DNA of 64,000 nucleotides. It comes from Acidimicrobiales bacterium. GTDB lineage: Bacteria > Actinomycetota > Acidimicrobiia > Acidimicrobiales > CADCTF01. The stretch is from positions 8,910-72,909 of the forward strand of contig DATLGL010000014.1 in NCBI GenBank assembly GCA_035540495.1, read 5' to 3'. Positions 10,289 to 19,419 of this stretch are shown here, piece by piece; the stretch's first letter is position 1; each line of letters starts with the position of its first letter. A model generated the notes under the pieces. The model did not search any database and was not told where the DNA came from. It saw only the letters and a list, made by a program, of their open reading frames with translations. The position numbers and the translations under genes are program-made.

Positions 10289-11091
10289 TGCTCGACGTCG
10301 CTGCTCGGCTTCTGCAAGACGAAGGCCTGCGCCACGCAAGGGCCTACATCCCCCCAGAGGTATGAATCGAGCTCAGCAAGCACCGCCGCCGGGTCGAACT
10401 CGTCGAACCCATATAGCTGTGCTGGATTCCCTTCAACGAGAGTGAGTCCGGACATTTCGACGATGTGGCGAATATTGATATTCGAGCCGTGCGCGTTGGA
10501 CGACCGACGAGGGGTAAACGGCACTTGGTCCAAGAACAGATCGACCGTGAGCACCGCCTTCCCTCCTGGAGACAAGGAGTCACTCATCGCCCGAATGACC
10601 GCTGGAATCTCCGCAGGTGGAATGTGCTCGAGCGTCGAGATCGCAAAGAAGCGATCTATAGAGTGTCTAGCGATAGCGGCGTCTTGAAGTTTCGTGGCGT
10701 GGAGGCTGACGTTCGTGCCGAAGGCAGCGTTCAACTTACCGTGGGTCGAAGTGGGGACGTTCCACCCCATGGCTGCCGCAAGACCCGGGTCGACGTTGTG
10801 GACCACGAGGCCAGAGCGCGCCAGAACGAACTGAAAGCCACCGAGACTGCCGCCTAAATCAACGGCCCGCTGTCCTTGCTCAAGCTCCGTCACGTGAAAC
10901 GCCCATGGGTACTCGAACAACCGTGTTCGGTTGTTGAAGGCCTGGAAGCCAAAGGGCCCGACAAGGGCAGCTTTCAGCCGCAACGGCAGGCGGGAAGTCA
11001 CGGCATCAGGAAGGCGCTTGTGCCCGTACGGAGCACCCCATCGCGCGTTCCATTCCTGAAATTGCGAAGGAAGATACTTAAGCGCGATCAC
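10279..11091 (-). CDS. Class I SAM-dependent methyltransferase
   Basis: RLFEYPW, AVDLGGSLGG motif I, ISTLEHI, LSPGG. Confidence 0.82.
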   Translation of the reverse strand: MIALKYLPSQFQEWNARWGAPYGHKRLPDAVTSRLPLRLKAALVGPFGFQAFNNRTRLFEYPWAFHVTELEQGQRAVDLGGSLGGFQFVLARSGLVVHNVDPGLAAAMGWNVPTSTHGKLNAAFGTNVSLHATKLQDAAIARHSIDRFFAISTLEHIPPAEIPAVIRAMSDSLSPGGKAVLTVDLFLDQVPFTPRRSSNAHGSNINIRHIVEMSGLTLVEGNPAQLYGFDEFDPAAVLAELDSYLWGDVGPCVAQAFVLQKPSSDVEQCE

Positions 11092-12344
11092 AATTGGCCG
11101 CCAACCGTCGCGGCATCCTCGATGGTCCATCGATGCGGTAGGTGCAAGAGCGATTGCTCTGGCGTTGGTATGAGGCCAGAGCCATAAACGTCGGCTGGCT
11201 CGATTTCAAACGTTGCCGCGGCTTCTACACGATCTAGATCGCTCATCGCTTCGTCATGGACGGCAATGTCGACGTCGTAGCGGCCAGACACCAGATTGAC
11301 AGCAGGCAAGTGCAACACAACTACACAATCCCGCCCGGCTCCTCGCAATTCCACGCCAGACATCTGTGTGTTGAGCCCGAATGCAGTGACGCCCGTGGCT
11401 GACCGCACTCGAATCCCGAGGATTGGCCGAGACACTTCGGGAGTTAAATGAAGCCGGAATCGGAATTCGATCGAGTCGCCCATCCGGATAACCGCTCCGC
11501 CCACGCCGTGGATAGCCACGGAGGTGACCCAAGGCCGTCGCCCATCAGCGCGCTGGGACAAATCGAATGAGCCGGTCGCACCGGTACCGTGACGGCAACG
11601 AGCGTATGCCTGTAGTGCGTCGTGGACAGCGCCGACCACGTAGACGGCGCCGCCATCAAGAACAAGGCCACGCGTGCACACGGATTCGACAACGGCGAGC
11701 TGGTGAGACACCAAGATCACCGTCCGCCCACTCGACCTGCGAAGCTCGTGCACCTTTCCTAGAGCTCTGGCTTGGAACTCCTGGTCACCCACCGCGAGCA
11801 CCTCGTCGACGAGCAGGATCTCGGAGTCAAGGTGCGCAGCGACCGCAAATGCGAGCCGCACGTACATGCCGCTCGAGTAGCGCTTGACGGGGGTGTCGAG
11901 GAACTTGTCAATGCCGGCAAAGTCAACGATCTCGTCGAAGCGCTTGTCGATCTCTCGGCGGCGCATGCCGAGGATCGACCCGTTGAGGAAGATGTTTTCG
12001 CGGCCGGTGAGCTCAGGGTGGAAGCCAGTGCCCACCTCCAGCAGCGACCCGACCCGCCCGTAGAGGTGGATCTCCCCGACGGTCGGTGACGTGATGCGGC
12101 TGAGGAGCTTGAGGAGCGTCGACTTTCCCGCGCCGTTGCGACCGATGACGCCGAGCACCTCGCCCTGCTTCACGTCGAAGCTGAGGTCGTCGAGCGCCCA
12201 GAACTCCTCCCGCTCGGACCGCTCGAAGGGATGCTTCACCTTGTGCACGAGCGCTTCGCCGAGCGTGGTGTGTCGGGCCTGGTTGTGGCGGATCGTGTAG
12301 CTCTTGGACAGCCCTCGCACGCTGATCGCGACGTCAGATGACAT
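11088..12344 (-). CDS. wzt: Polysaccharide ABC transporter ATP-binding protein with C-terminal carbohydrate-binding domain (Wzt)
   Basis: GRNGAGKST Walker A, YSSGM signature, LLVDEVLAVGD Walker B, then a beta-rich Wzt_C-like domain. Confidence 0.92.
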   Translation of the reverse strand: MSSDVAISVRGLSKSYTIRHNQARHTTLGEALVHKVKHPFERSEREEFWALDDLSFDVKQGEVLGVIGRNGAGKSTLLKLLSRITSPTVGEIHLYGRVGSLLEVGTGFHPELTGRENIFLNGSILGMRRREIDKRFDEIVDFAGIDKFLDTPVKRYSSGMYVRLAFAVAAHLDSEILLVDEVLAVGDQEFQARALGKVHELRRSSGRTVILVSHQLAVVESVCTRGLVLDGGAVYVVGAVHDALQAYARCRHGTGATGSFDLSQRADGRRPWVTSVAIHGVGGAVIRMGDSIEFRFRLHLTPEVSRPILGIRVRSATGVTAFGLNTQMSGVELRGAGRDCVVVLHLPAVNLVSGRYDVDIAVHDEAMSDLDRVEAAATFEIEPADVYGSGLIPTPEQSLLHLPHRWTIEDAATVGGQL

Positions 12345-13173
12345 CGGCGAACTGCCTTTCGACACGGGTGAACCAGGCGGCTCCGACGACGAAGAGCACG
12401 ACGGCGGCGATGGCGGAGTAGGCGAGCGCGCCGGCGGAGGGCGCGTCGACGTCGAGCAGGGACCAGCGGAAGGCTTCGAGCACCCCGACGAGCGGGTTGA
12501 GGTCGAAGAACGGCCGGGCCGACTCGGGGACGGCGTCGACGGCGTAGGCGACGGGACTCGCGAAGAGCGCGAACTGGATCGCCACCGGCAGGACGTACTG
12601 CACGTCTCGATAGCGGACCATCAACGACGACGCCAGGAAGCCCACACCGAGCGCCAACAGCAAGACCAGGAGCAGCCAGACCGGCACGAGGACGATCGCG
12701 ACCCCTGGGGTGACGCCTCCGACCACGACCAGCACCGCCATGACGACAAGGGCGACAGCGAAGTCGAGCAGCGTCGATCCGACGACTGAGAGCGGCAGCA
12801 GCATGCGCGGAAAGAAGACCTTCGACACGAGCGCCGCATTGCCTACGAGCGATCCGCTCGCCTTCGTGAGCGTCGAACTGAAGGCGGTCCAGGCGAGCGT
12901 GCCCGCGTAGGCGAAGACGAAGTACGGCACCCCTTCGCTGGGAAGGTCGGCAACGGAGCCGAAGACGAACGACAAGATCCCGGCTGCCAGAAGGGGTTGG
13001 ACCACGACCCAGATGACGCCGAGGGCGGTCTGTCGGTAGCGCAGCCGAACGTCGCGGCCGGCGAACGTGACGAGCAGGTCGCGGAACTCCCAGAGCTCTC
13101 CGAGATGGAACAGCGACCAGCGAGCCTTCGGACGGATGATCAGATGTGGGCGGCGTTCGGCGATGTCGCTCAA
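12334..13173 (-). CDS. wzm: Polysaccharide ABC transporter permease (Wzm)
   Basis: RDVRLRYRQTALGVIW, KVFFPR, YRDV, SPVAY, LNPL; multiple TM helices; TTG start overlapping upstream stop. Confidence 0.92.
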   Translation of the reverse strand: MSDIAERRPHLIIRPKARWSLFHLGELWEFRDLLVTFAGRDVRLRYRQTALGVIWVVVQPLLAAGILSFVFGSVADLPSEGVPYFVFAYAGTLAWTAFSSTLTKASGSLVGNAALVSKVFFPRMLLPLSVVGSTLLDFAVALVVMAVLVVVGGVTPGVAIVLVPVWLLLVLLLALGVGFLASSLMVRYRDVQYVLPVAIQFALFASPVAYAVDAVPESARPFFDLNPLVGVLEAFRWSLLDVDAPSAGALAYSAIAAVVLFVVGAAWFTRVERQFADVI

Positions 13174-14276
13174 CGCGCGCTCTCCAGCCCGACGGCGTCC
13201 GCCGTTGACGAGTCGACGAGGCGAGCCACGTGGTCCGCGAAATGCCGCTCGTCGAACAGCGCGGCGCGCTGTTCGATCGCTGCGGAGTCCCACTGCCTGG
13301 TCACGAGCGCTTCGATTGCTCTCGCGATCTCGAGCGGGGTCGGGTCTTCGAAGAACACGGCGGTCTCGTCGGTCATGGTGTCGAGGAAGCCACCCCAGCG
13401 AAGCACCGCGGAAGGCTTACCGAACGAGGCCGCCTCGAGCGGCGTGAGCCCGAAGTCTTCGCGGGATGCGGCGACGAGTCCGAGGCAGTTGTCGTAGAGC
13501 CAGTGAAGCTCGTCGTCGGATGCGTTTTGCAACAGCGTGACGTTGTCGCCCGCAGCGGCAGCGAGCGTCTCGCGCAGGGGTCCGTCGCCGAGCACCACGA
13601 GACGGTGTTTGGGCAACGCCTGGAACGCTTCGACGATTCGGTGCACGTTCTTGTAGGGCAGCAGGCGCGACACGCAGAGCACAAAGCCCGGCTCGATCCC
13701 CGCCACGGCGGTCGTCCGACCACCCGGCAGTAGCGCCGGCGGAGGCGGGACTAAGCACGCTTCGATGCCATAGCTCCGTTGAATCCGTTTCGCGACGATG
13801 CTGGAGGACGTGAGGTAAGCGTCCGCACTGAGAGCGGCGCTGCGATCCCATCGCACTAACACCTGGCGTAACGGCTTGATCGCGACGCGACCCACCCAAC
13901 TACCGCCTCCCTCGTACTCGTCCGCCTGGTAGAGCCAGCGGGCCGGGTTGTAGCAGTACACGACCTTCGGACCGTCACACCGAACACCGTGGGCCCATCC
14001 ACTGGAACTGCAGAGCACGACGTCGGCGTCGACCTTCATCCTCGAGAAGACCGGCGCGTACAGCGGCAACCCGAGCCGGTGGCGGCGGGCGAGCCCGGGA
14101 ATTCGCTGGAGCACAGACGTGCGCACGTCGAGGTCCCGGAACTCTGGGAAGGTGCCGTCGGGGTCATACAGCGAGGTGTAGATGGGCGCATCGGGGAAGG
14201 CGCGCGACATTGCGAGGACAACACGCTCCGCGCCGCCTCGTTGCGTCAGGTAGTCGTGCACGATCGCCACTCGCAC
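13170..14276 (-). CDS. GT4 family glycosyltransferase (mannosyltransferase-like)
   Basis: RVAIVHDYLTQRGGAERV; SRLLPYK; EDFGLTPLEA. Confidence 0.9.
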   Translation of the reverse strand: MRVAIVHDYLTQRGGAERVVLAMSRAFPDAPIYTSLYDPDGTFPEFRDLDVRTSVLQRIPGLARRHRLGLPLYAPVFSRMKVDADVVLCSSSGWAHGVRCDGPKVVYCYNPARWLYQADEYEGGGSWVGRVAIKPLRQVLVRWDRSAALSADAYLTSSSIVAKRIQRSYGIEACLVPPPPALLPGGRTTAVAGIEPGFVLCVSRLLPYKNVHRIVEAFQALPKHRLVVLGDGPLRETLAAAAGDNVTLLQNASDDELHWLYDNCLGLVAASREDFGLTPLEAASFGKPSAVLRWGGFLDTMTDETAVFFEDPTPLEIARAIEALVTRQWDSAAIEQRAALFDERHFADHVARLVDSSTADAVGLESAR

Positions 14277-14337
14277 GGAGTACGAGTATGCCCGGGATGC
14301 GGGCGGTCAATGCCGGAGCCGCTTGTACCCTGCCCCC

Positions 14338-15975
14338 ATGCAGCCTCGGGCGGAAGCGCCTGCAGAACTCGACCTTCGCACGTACCTGCGCGTTCTCTGG
14401 CGCAGGAAGCTCCTCATCGCGTTTTCGGCACTCGCCATCGGGTCCGCTGCGTTCTTCACCGAGTCGTCGAAGACCGAGCTCTATCGGGCATCGAGTCAAC
14501 TCCTCGTGAGCCGGTCGCTGGCCGAGACGCTCTTCGACCCTCTCCGCGGCTACGTCGACCCCGACCGCGCGCTCGCCAATCAGATCCGGGTCATCCAGAG
14601 CCCGGCGCTCGCTGAGCGCGTCCAGGAACGCTTGGGGTACACGGCGTCCATCAGCGCCGGCGCATCAGGCAGCGAAGACATCCTCATGCTCACCGCGGTC
14701 GACACCGACCCTCGGCGGGCTGCCGCGGTAGCCAACGCCTACGCGGAGGAGTACGTCGAGTACCGCAGAACGCAGGGCATCGAAGGCACCGAGGAGGCGC
14801 AGGCTGAGCTGCAGCGCCGGATCGCGGACATCGAGAAGCAGGTGCAAGACATCGACCTGCAGATCATCGCCGCGCCGCCTGCGCAGCGCGAGGCGGTCCG
14901 CGAAGCAACGAGCGCACAGCGCTCGCAGCTGCAGAACAACGTCTACTCCCTGCGCCAGCAGCTCGATCAGCTCCAGTCTGCGGCCAACGTCGAAGGCAGC
15001 GGACTCCAGGTTCTGGGCAAGGCGAGCGTTCCGCTCGAGCCCTTCAGCCCCACGCCCGAGCGAAACGGGCTCCAAGGGCTCCTCGTCGGCCTGGTGCTGG
15101 GCCTGGGTCTCGCATTCCTCGTCGACTACCTCGACGACAGGATCCGTTCGAAGGAAGACCTCGAGCGTGCAGCAGGTGGCCTGACGGTGCTCGGGCTCAT
15201 CCCTGCGGTGAGCGGTTGGCGCAACCGGAAGGACGCGCGACTGATCTCGCTCGAAGATCCCACAGCGGAAGCTTCCGAGGCCTACCGCACTCTGCGCACC
15301 TCGCTGCAGTTCCTCGGCCTCGACCGGCCGATGCGGACCCTGCAGATGACGAGCCCGGTGAAGGCCGAGGGGAAGTCGACAACGATGTCGAACCTGGCGG
15401 TGTCGTTCGCCCGAGCGGGTCAACGCGTCATCGTCGTCGACTGTGATCTGCGCCGGCCCCGCCTGCACCAGTTCTTCGGCGCCCACAACGACGTGGGCTT
15501 CACCTCGGTTCTGCTCGGTGATGCGCCGCTGTCGGCCGCACTGCAGGATGTTGGCGGTGAGGAGAACCTGCGGGTGCTCGCGTCAGGGCCCCTCCCGCCG
15601 AACCCTTCGGAACTGCTGTCGAGCCGCCGCACCGTCGAGGTGCTGACTGCACTGCAGGCCGACGCCGACGTCGTGCTCCTCGACTCCCCACCGGTCCTCC
15701 CCGTGTCGGACTCGCTCGCCCTCTCCGCACGAGTCGATGCGACGCTCGTGGTCGTGAGCGCGCGAGAGAGTCGCCGCAAGCAACTGCACCGGGCGCTCGA
15801 GTTGCTCGAGCAGGTCGACGCGCCGATCATCGGCATGGTCTTGAACGGCGTTGGGCGCGAGAGCCGCTTCGGACGGGCCTATGGCTACGGGTACGGCTAC
15901 ACGCAGTACGCGCAGGACGACGAGGTGCGAAACCGGAAGAAGCGGCGGCAGCCGGAAGCTGTCCGCCCCAACTGA
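14338..15975 (+). CDS. Polysaccharide co-polymerase / BY tyrosine autokinase (Wzc-like)
   Basis: ELDLRTYLRVLWRRK, coiled coil, second TM, EAYRTLRT, SPVKAEGKST, DCDLRRP, DSPP, C-terminal YGYGYGY Tyr cluster. Confidence 0.92.
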   Translation: MQPRAEAPAELDLRTYLRVLWRRKLLIAFSALAIGSAAFFTESSKTELYRASSQLLVSRSLAETLFDPLRGYVDPDRALANQIRVIQSPALAERVQERLGYTASISAGASGSEDILMLTAVDTDPRRAAAVANAYAEEYVEYRRTQGIEGTEEAQAELQRRIADIEKQVQDIDLQIIAAPPAQREAVREATSAQRSQLQNNVYSLRQQLDQLQSAANVEGSGLQVLGKASVPLEPFSPTPERNGLQGLLVGLVLGLGLAFLVDYLDDRIRSKEDLERAAGGLTVLGLIPAVSGWRNRKDARLISLEDPTAEASEAYRTLRTSLQFLGLDRPMRTLQMTSPVKAEGKSTTMSNLAVSFARAGQRVIVVDCDLRRPRLHQFFGAHNDVGFTSVLLGDAPLSAALQDVGGEENLRVLASGPLPPNPSELLSSRRTVEVLTALQADADVVLLDSPPVLPVSDSLALSARVDATLVVVSARESRRKQLHRALELLEQVDAPIIGMVLNGVGRESRFGRAYGYGYGYTQYAQDDEVRNRKKRRQPEAVRPN

Positions 15976-16074
15976 CGCCCAACAATGGACGAATCCTCGA
16001 CGACGCCTCTAGTGACCGAGGGTGGTGCCGACATAGGGTGCGGCGGAACCCGAGGCGGCGGAGTGGGTGACAGC

Positions 16075-17568
16075 GTGAGCATTCTCAACCTCGATCGGCG
16101 GATCGAACATCGGCCCAGAACGCTCCCGAGCGAGCGAGGCAGCGCCGGACGACCGGCGTGGGCGCGGCGTTACGTCCGGATGACGATCCTCATGGATGCA
16201 CTTGCCGCGCTGGCGGCGGCACTGGTGTCCAGGACCGTCCGATTCGGCTGGTCGAGCGAACAGCTCTTCAGCGAGTTCGGCGGCCTCTCGTACACCGTGG
16301 TGGCGCTCCTCGTCGTGCCGCTCTGGGTCGGTGTGCTGGCGCTGAACGGCGCCTACGACAGCCGGGAACTCGGCAACGGGTCAGAGGAGTACCGGCGGGT
16401 GTTCAACGCCGCCGTGCGAACCCTCGCTGTCATCGCGATCGTCGCCTTCACCGCGCAGATCGCCCTTGCACGAGGCTTCGTCGCCCTCCTCCTGCCGCTC
16501 GCCCTCGCGCTCACGCTTCTGAGCCGCCACGCACTCCGCAAGCACCTCCACCGCAAGCGCGCCAAGGGCGAGTGGGCGAACAAGGTCGTCGTCGTCGGGT
16601 CAGTGGAGGATTGTGTCGACCTGATCGAGCACCTCAACCGCTCGCCGCACGCGGGATTCAGCGTTCTCGGCGCGTGCGTGCCGGGACCGTTCAACACGAT
16701 CGGCGTCGGCGACGGCCATGTTCCTGTGCTGGGCGCGCCCACGGAGGTAGTCGGAGCCGTCCGAGCCGTTCACGCCGACGCGGTTGCGGTGGCCGGTAGT
16801 TCCACCCTCGGGCGGCGAGGGCTGCGTGAACTCGGGTGGCAGCTCGAGGGCACCGGCGTCGATCTTGTCGTGGCTCCCGCGATCACCGACATCGCCGGCC
16901 CCCGCATCGTCACTCGTCCGGTCGCGGGTCTGCCCCTTCTCCACGTCGAGGAGCCCGAGCTCACCGGCTTCGCCCGCTTCATGCGCGACACGGTCGACCG
17001 TGTGCTGGCGGCGCTCCTCCTCGCTGCGATCTCACCCCTCCTGATCACGGTCGCCCTTGCGGTTCGGATCGCCGACCGGGGTCCGGCGTTGTTCAAGCAG
17101 GTGCGCGTCGGCCGCGATGGGCGGGAGTTCGTCATCTGGAAGTTCCGCACGATGCGCCGCGACGCGGAGAGGGAGCTCACCACGCTCGCCGAGCAGAACG
17201 ACCACGACGGCGTGCTCTTCAAGATCCGCAACGACCCCCGTCGCACGCGCATCGGCACGATCCTCCGGCGATACTCGATCGACGAGCTGCCGCAGCTGTG
17301 GAACGTCGTGAAGGGCGACATGTCGATCGTCGGCCCGCGACCGCCGCTTCCGAACGAGGTCGCCCGCTACAGCGACGACGTTCGCCGGCGCCTGCTGGTG
17401 AAGCCGGGGCTCACGGGCTTGTGGCAGGTGAGCGGTCGTGCCGATCTCGCTTGGGAAGAGGCAGTTCGCCTCGACCTGTACTACGTCGAGAACTGGTCGC
17501 CCGCTCTAGACGCTGTGATCCTCTGGAAGACGATGCGCGCAGTCGTATCAGGCCGCGGCGCTTACTGA
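16075..17568 (+). CDS. Priming polyprenyl-phosphate glycosylphosphotransferase (WcaJ/WbaP family)
   Basis: N-terminal TMs; KFRTM, DPRRT, SIDELPQLWNV..GDMSIVGPRP, KPGLTGLWQVSGR, DLYYVENWS. Confidence 0.93.
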   Translation: MSILNLDRRIEHRPRTLPSERGSAGRPAWARRYVRMTILMDALAALAAALVSRTVRFGWSSEQLFSEFGGLSYTVVALLVVPLWVGVLALNGAYDSRELGNGSEEYRRVFNAAVRTLAVIAIVAFTAQIALARGFVALLLPLALALTLLSRHALRKHLHRKRAKGEWANKVVVVGSVEDCVDLIEHLNRSPHAGFSVLGACVPGPFNTIGVGDGHVPVLGAPTEVVGAVRAVHADAVAVAGSSTLGRRGLRELGWQLEGTGVDLVVAPAITDIAGPRIVTRPVAGLPLLHVEEPELTGFARFMRDTVDRVLAALLLAAISPLLITVALAVRIADRGPALFKQVRVGRDGREFVIWKFRTMRRDAERELTTLAEQNDHDGVLFKIRNDPRRTRIGTILRRYSIDELPQLWNVVKGDMSIVGPRPPLPNEVARYSDDVRRRLLVKPGLTGLWQVSGRADLAWEEAVRLDLYYVENWSPALDAVILWKTMRAVVSGRGAY

Positions 17569-17577
17569 CGAGAACGG

Positions 17578-18138
17578 TCAGGCTTCCCGACGGAAGCCGA
17601 ACAGCGGATTGCGCTTCGACTTGTTCGTCTCTTCGAGCGCGGCGATTCGCTCCGCGAGCTCGCGCACCGCAGCGACGACCTGCTCCCTTGCGTCTCGGTC
17701 TTCTGACACCTGATCGGCAATGCGCTCAAAGGCGTTCGTGAGACGGTCGAAGGCGCTGGCTAGCTCTTGGTCTCGCACCGCGAGCTCGTGGCTGATGAGC
17801 TGCACGGCGTCGGCAGTGCGATCAGGTCGGTCGAGCAGCGCTTCGAGCATCGATCGAACCGCCACGATCTCGCCCTGGACGCGAACCGGCGTTGGGGCCT
17901 CGTCGGGAACCGAACGGGTGCGGGTCGCCGGTTCAACGGCTGCCGCGGGAGCGCCAACCTTGGGCGCGTTGACCGGAACGTAACCCGGCTGGGCGATGAT
18001 CGATGCACACGCGTTGAAGCGGCCCGTGCATCGCGCTCCGCATTCGGCGCACCCACACGCGCCGCCGTCGTCGATGACGACCATCGCATGCTCGCAGCCC
18101 TCTTCGACGGCGACCCCAAATTCGTAGCAGCGCCCCAT
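17578..18138 (-). CDS. Hypothetical protein, Cys-rich N-terminus plus coiled coil
   Basis: ORF fills the gap; C..CEH..CGCAECGARC..C cluster, helical C-terminus. Confidence 0.65.
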   Translation of the reverse strand: MGRCYEFGVAVEEGCEHAMVVIDDGGACGCAECGARCTGRFNACASIIAQPGYVPVNAPKVGAPAAAVEPATRTRSVPDEAPTPVRVQGEIVAVRSMLEALLDRPDRTADAVQLISHELAVRDQELASAFDRLTNAFERIADQVSEDRDAREQVVAAVRELAERIAALEETNKSKRNPLFGFRREA

Positions 18139-18225
18139 GCCGTCTCAGAAGGTACCGGGTGCGCACCACATCCGGATATGCCCACCTGTTGACCGGCTGT
18201 TGTCGGAGCGAGTCGACATCAGCAC

Positions 18226-18417
18226 ATGCCTCTCGTGCCGATGATCATCGCCGTGTGGTTCGCCTTCATCCTCGTGGCTCTCGTGCTCGGTCGCGCCGCA
18301 GCCATCACCGACGCGGCGTACGTCACGCCTCAGCAGGGGTCCGCCGGAGCAGTGAAGACGCCGGTTCCGACGGCCCCCTCGCTTCCGGCTGCACTCACCG
18401 CTCGGCCTCTCACCTGA
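18226..18417 (+). CDS. Possible small single-TM protein
   Basis: Hydrophobic MIIAVWFAFILVALVLGR; 3' end overlaps the NERD gene antisense. Confidence 0.3.
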   Translation: MPLVPMIIAVWFAFILVALVLGRAAAITDAAYVTPQQGSAGAVKTPVPTAPSLPAALTARPLT

Positions 18418-19388
18418 ACCTGCGAGCCCGGCTGCCGACCGCCGATCGGTAGCTGCGGGTCGCTCGCCCTACGGACCGGCAGCAACGGGTTCCACTGCGA
18501 CCCGTCGACCTCGGCCCACTCGAAGTGGTAGGTCGAGGTGCCGTACGCGGTGCCCGGGAAGTCGATCGACAACGACCAGCCGCTACCCGGCGATGGGCAC
18601 GAGAAGCCGCCGTTGATCGCCGGTGCATCCGGCTTCGGGAGCACGCTGTCGGAGAGGGATGCCACGAGGCCAGGCACCGCTTTCACTCCGACCACACCCA
18701 ATGCGACGAGTGCCAGCCCGCCGACCGCAGCCGCAACAATCTCACGAGAGGTGCGAGTAGCGCGACCGCGCTGAGCCGTTCGGAGCGCCTTCGGCTGGCG
18801 TCGGCCGGTGGTTGGAACACTCCGCGGCGCCGTCGTTCCGTAGGGCGGCAGGTTCCTCTGGGCTGCGAGCACGAGCCTCGCCGTCGCCTCTAGCGAGAGG
18901 TCGGCCGGGCCGTGCTGGAGCACATCAAGAAGCGTCGTCGGCGTCACGGCTCGCACCCCACCCACTTCGACCACCGCAGCGGGAAGCTCCGCGGCAACGA
19001 AACACAGCAGCGGCTCCACTGGCGCGCCGATGGCCGCCGACGCGGACTCCGCCTCCCACACGACGCGCTCCACCTCGCGGCGCATCGGCCGCCGCCCCTG
19101 CCAGATCGTGCCGTCGCCCACCCGCAGCGGCCCGCGGTGGTTCTTGCTGTCGACGACGAAGACGCCCGTTGGACCGATCACCAGATGATCGATGTTGGCT
19201 CTGTGGCCGGGGATCGAGAGGTCGTGCAAGACGGTGAACGCGGGCGAGAGCGCTTTCAGCGCGTCGGCCGTCGCACGCTCGCCGCGGGCGCCGCTGTCGA
19301 ATCGGTCTGCTCGAGCCAGCAGCCGCGCCGCCTTCTGCCGGTCCTTCTCCGCCTGACGTGCCGCCGAACGTCCCGCCGTGTCCACCAT
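18330..19388 (-). CDS. NERD (nuclease-related) domain membrane protein
   Basis: GARGE, VLHDL..ANIDHLVIGPTGVFVVDSK; TM helix; small beta-sandwich C-terminus with two Cys. Confidence 0.82.
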   Translation of the reverse strand: MVDTAGRSAARQAEKDRQKAARLLARADRFDSGARGERATADALKALSPAFTVLHDLSIPGHRANIDHLVIGPTGVFVVDSKNHRGPLRVGDGTIWQGRRPMRREVERVVWEAESASAAIGAPVEPLLCFVAAELPAAVVEVGGVRAVTPTTLLDVLQHGPADLSLEATARLVLAAQRNLPPYGTTAPRSVPTTGRRQPKALRTAQRGRATRTSREIVAAAVGGLALVALGVVGVKAVPGLVASLSDSVLPKPDAPAINGGFSCPSPGSGWSLSIDFPGTAYGTSTYHFEWAEVDGSQWNPLLPVRRASDPQLPIGGRQPGSQVQVRGRAVSAAGSEGAVGTGVFTAPADPC

Positions 19389-19419
19389 CTGGTGACTATC
19401 GACAGGACACGCAGAATCG

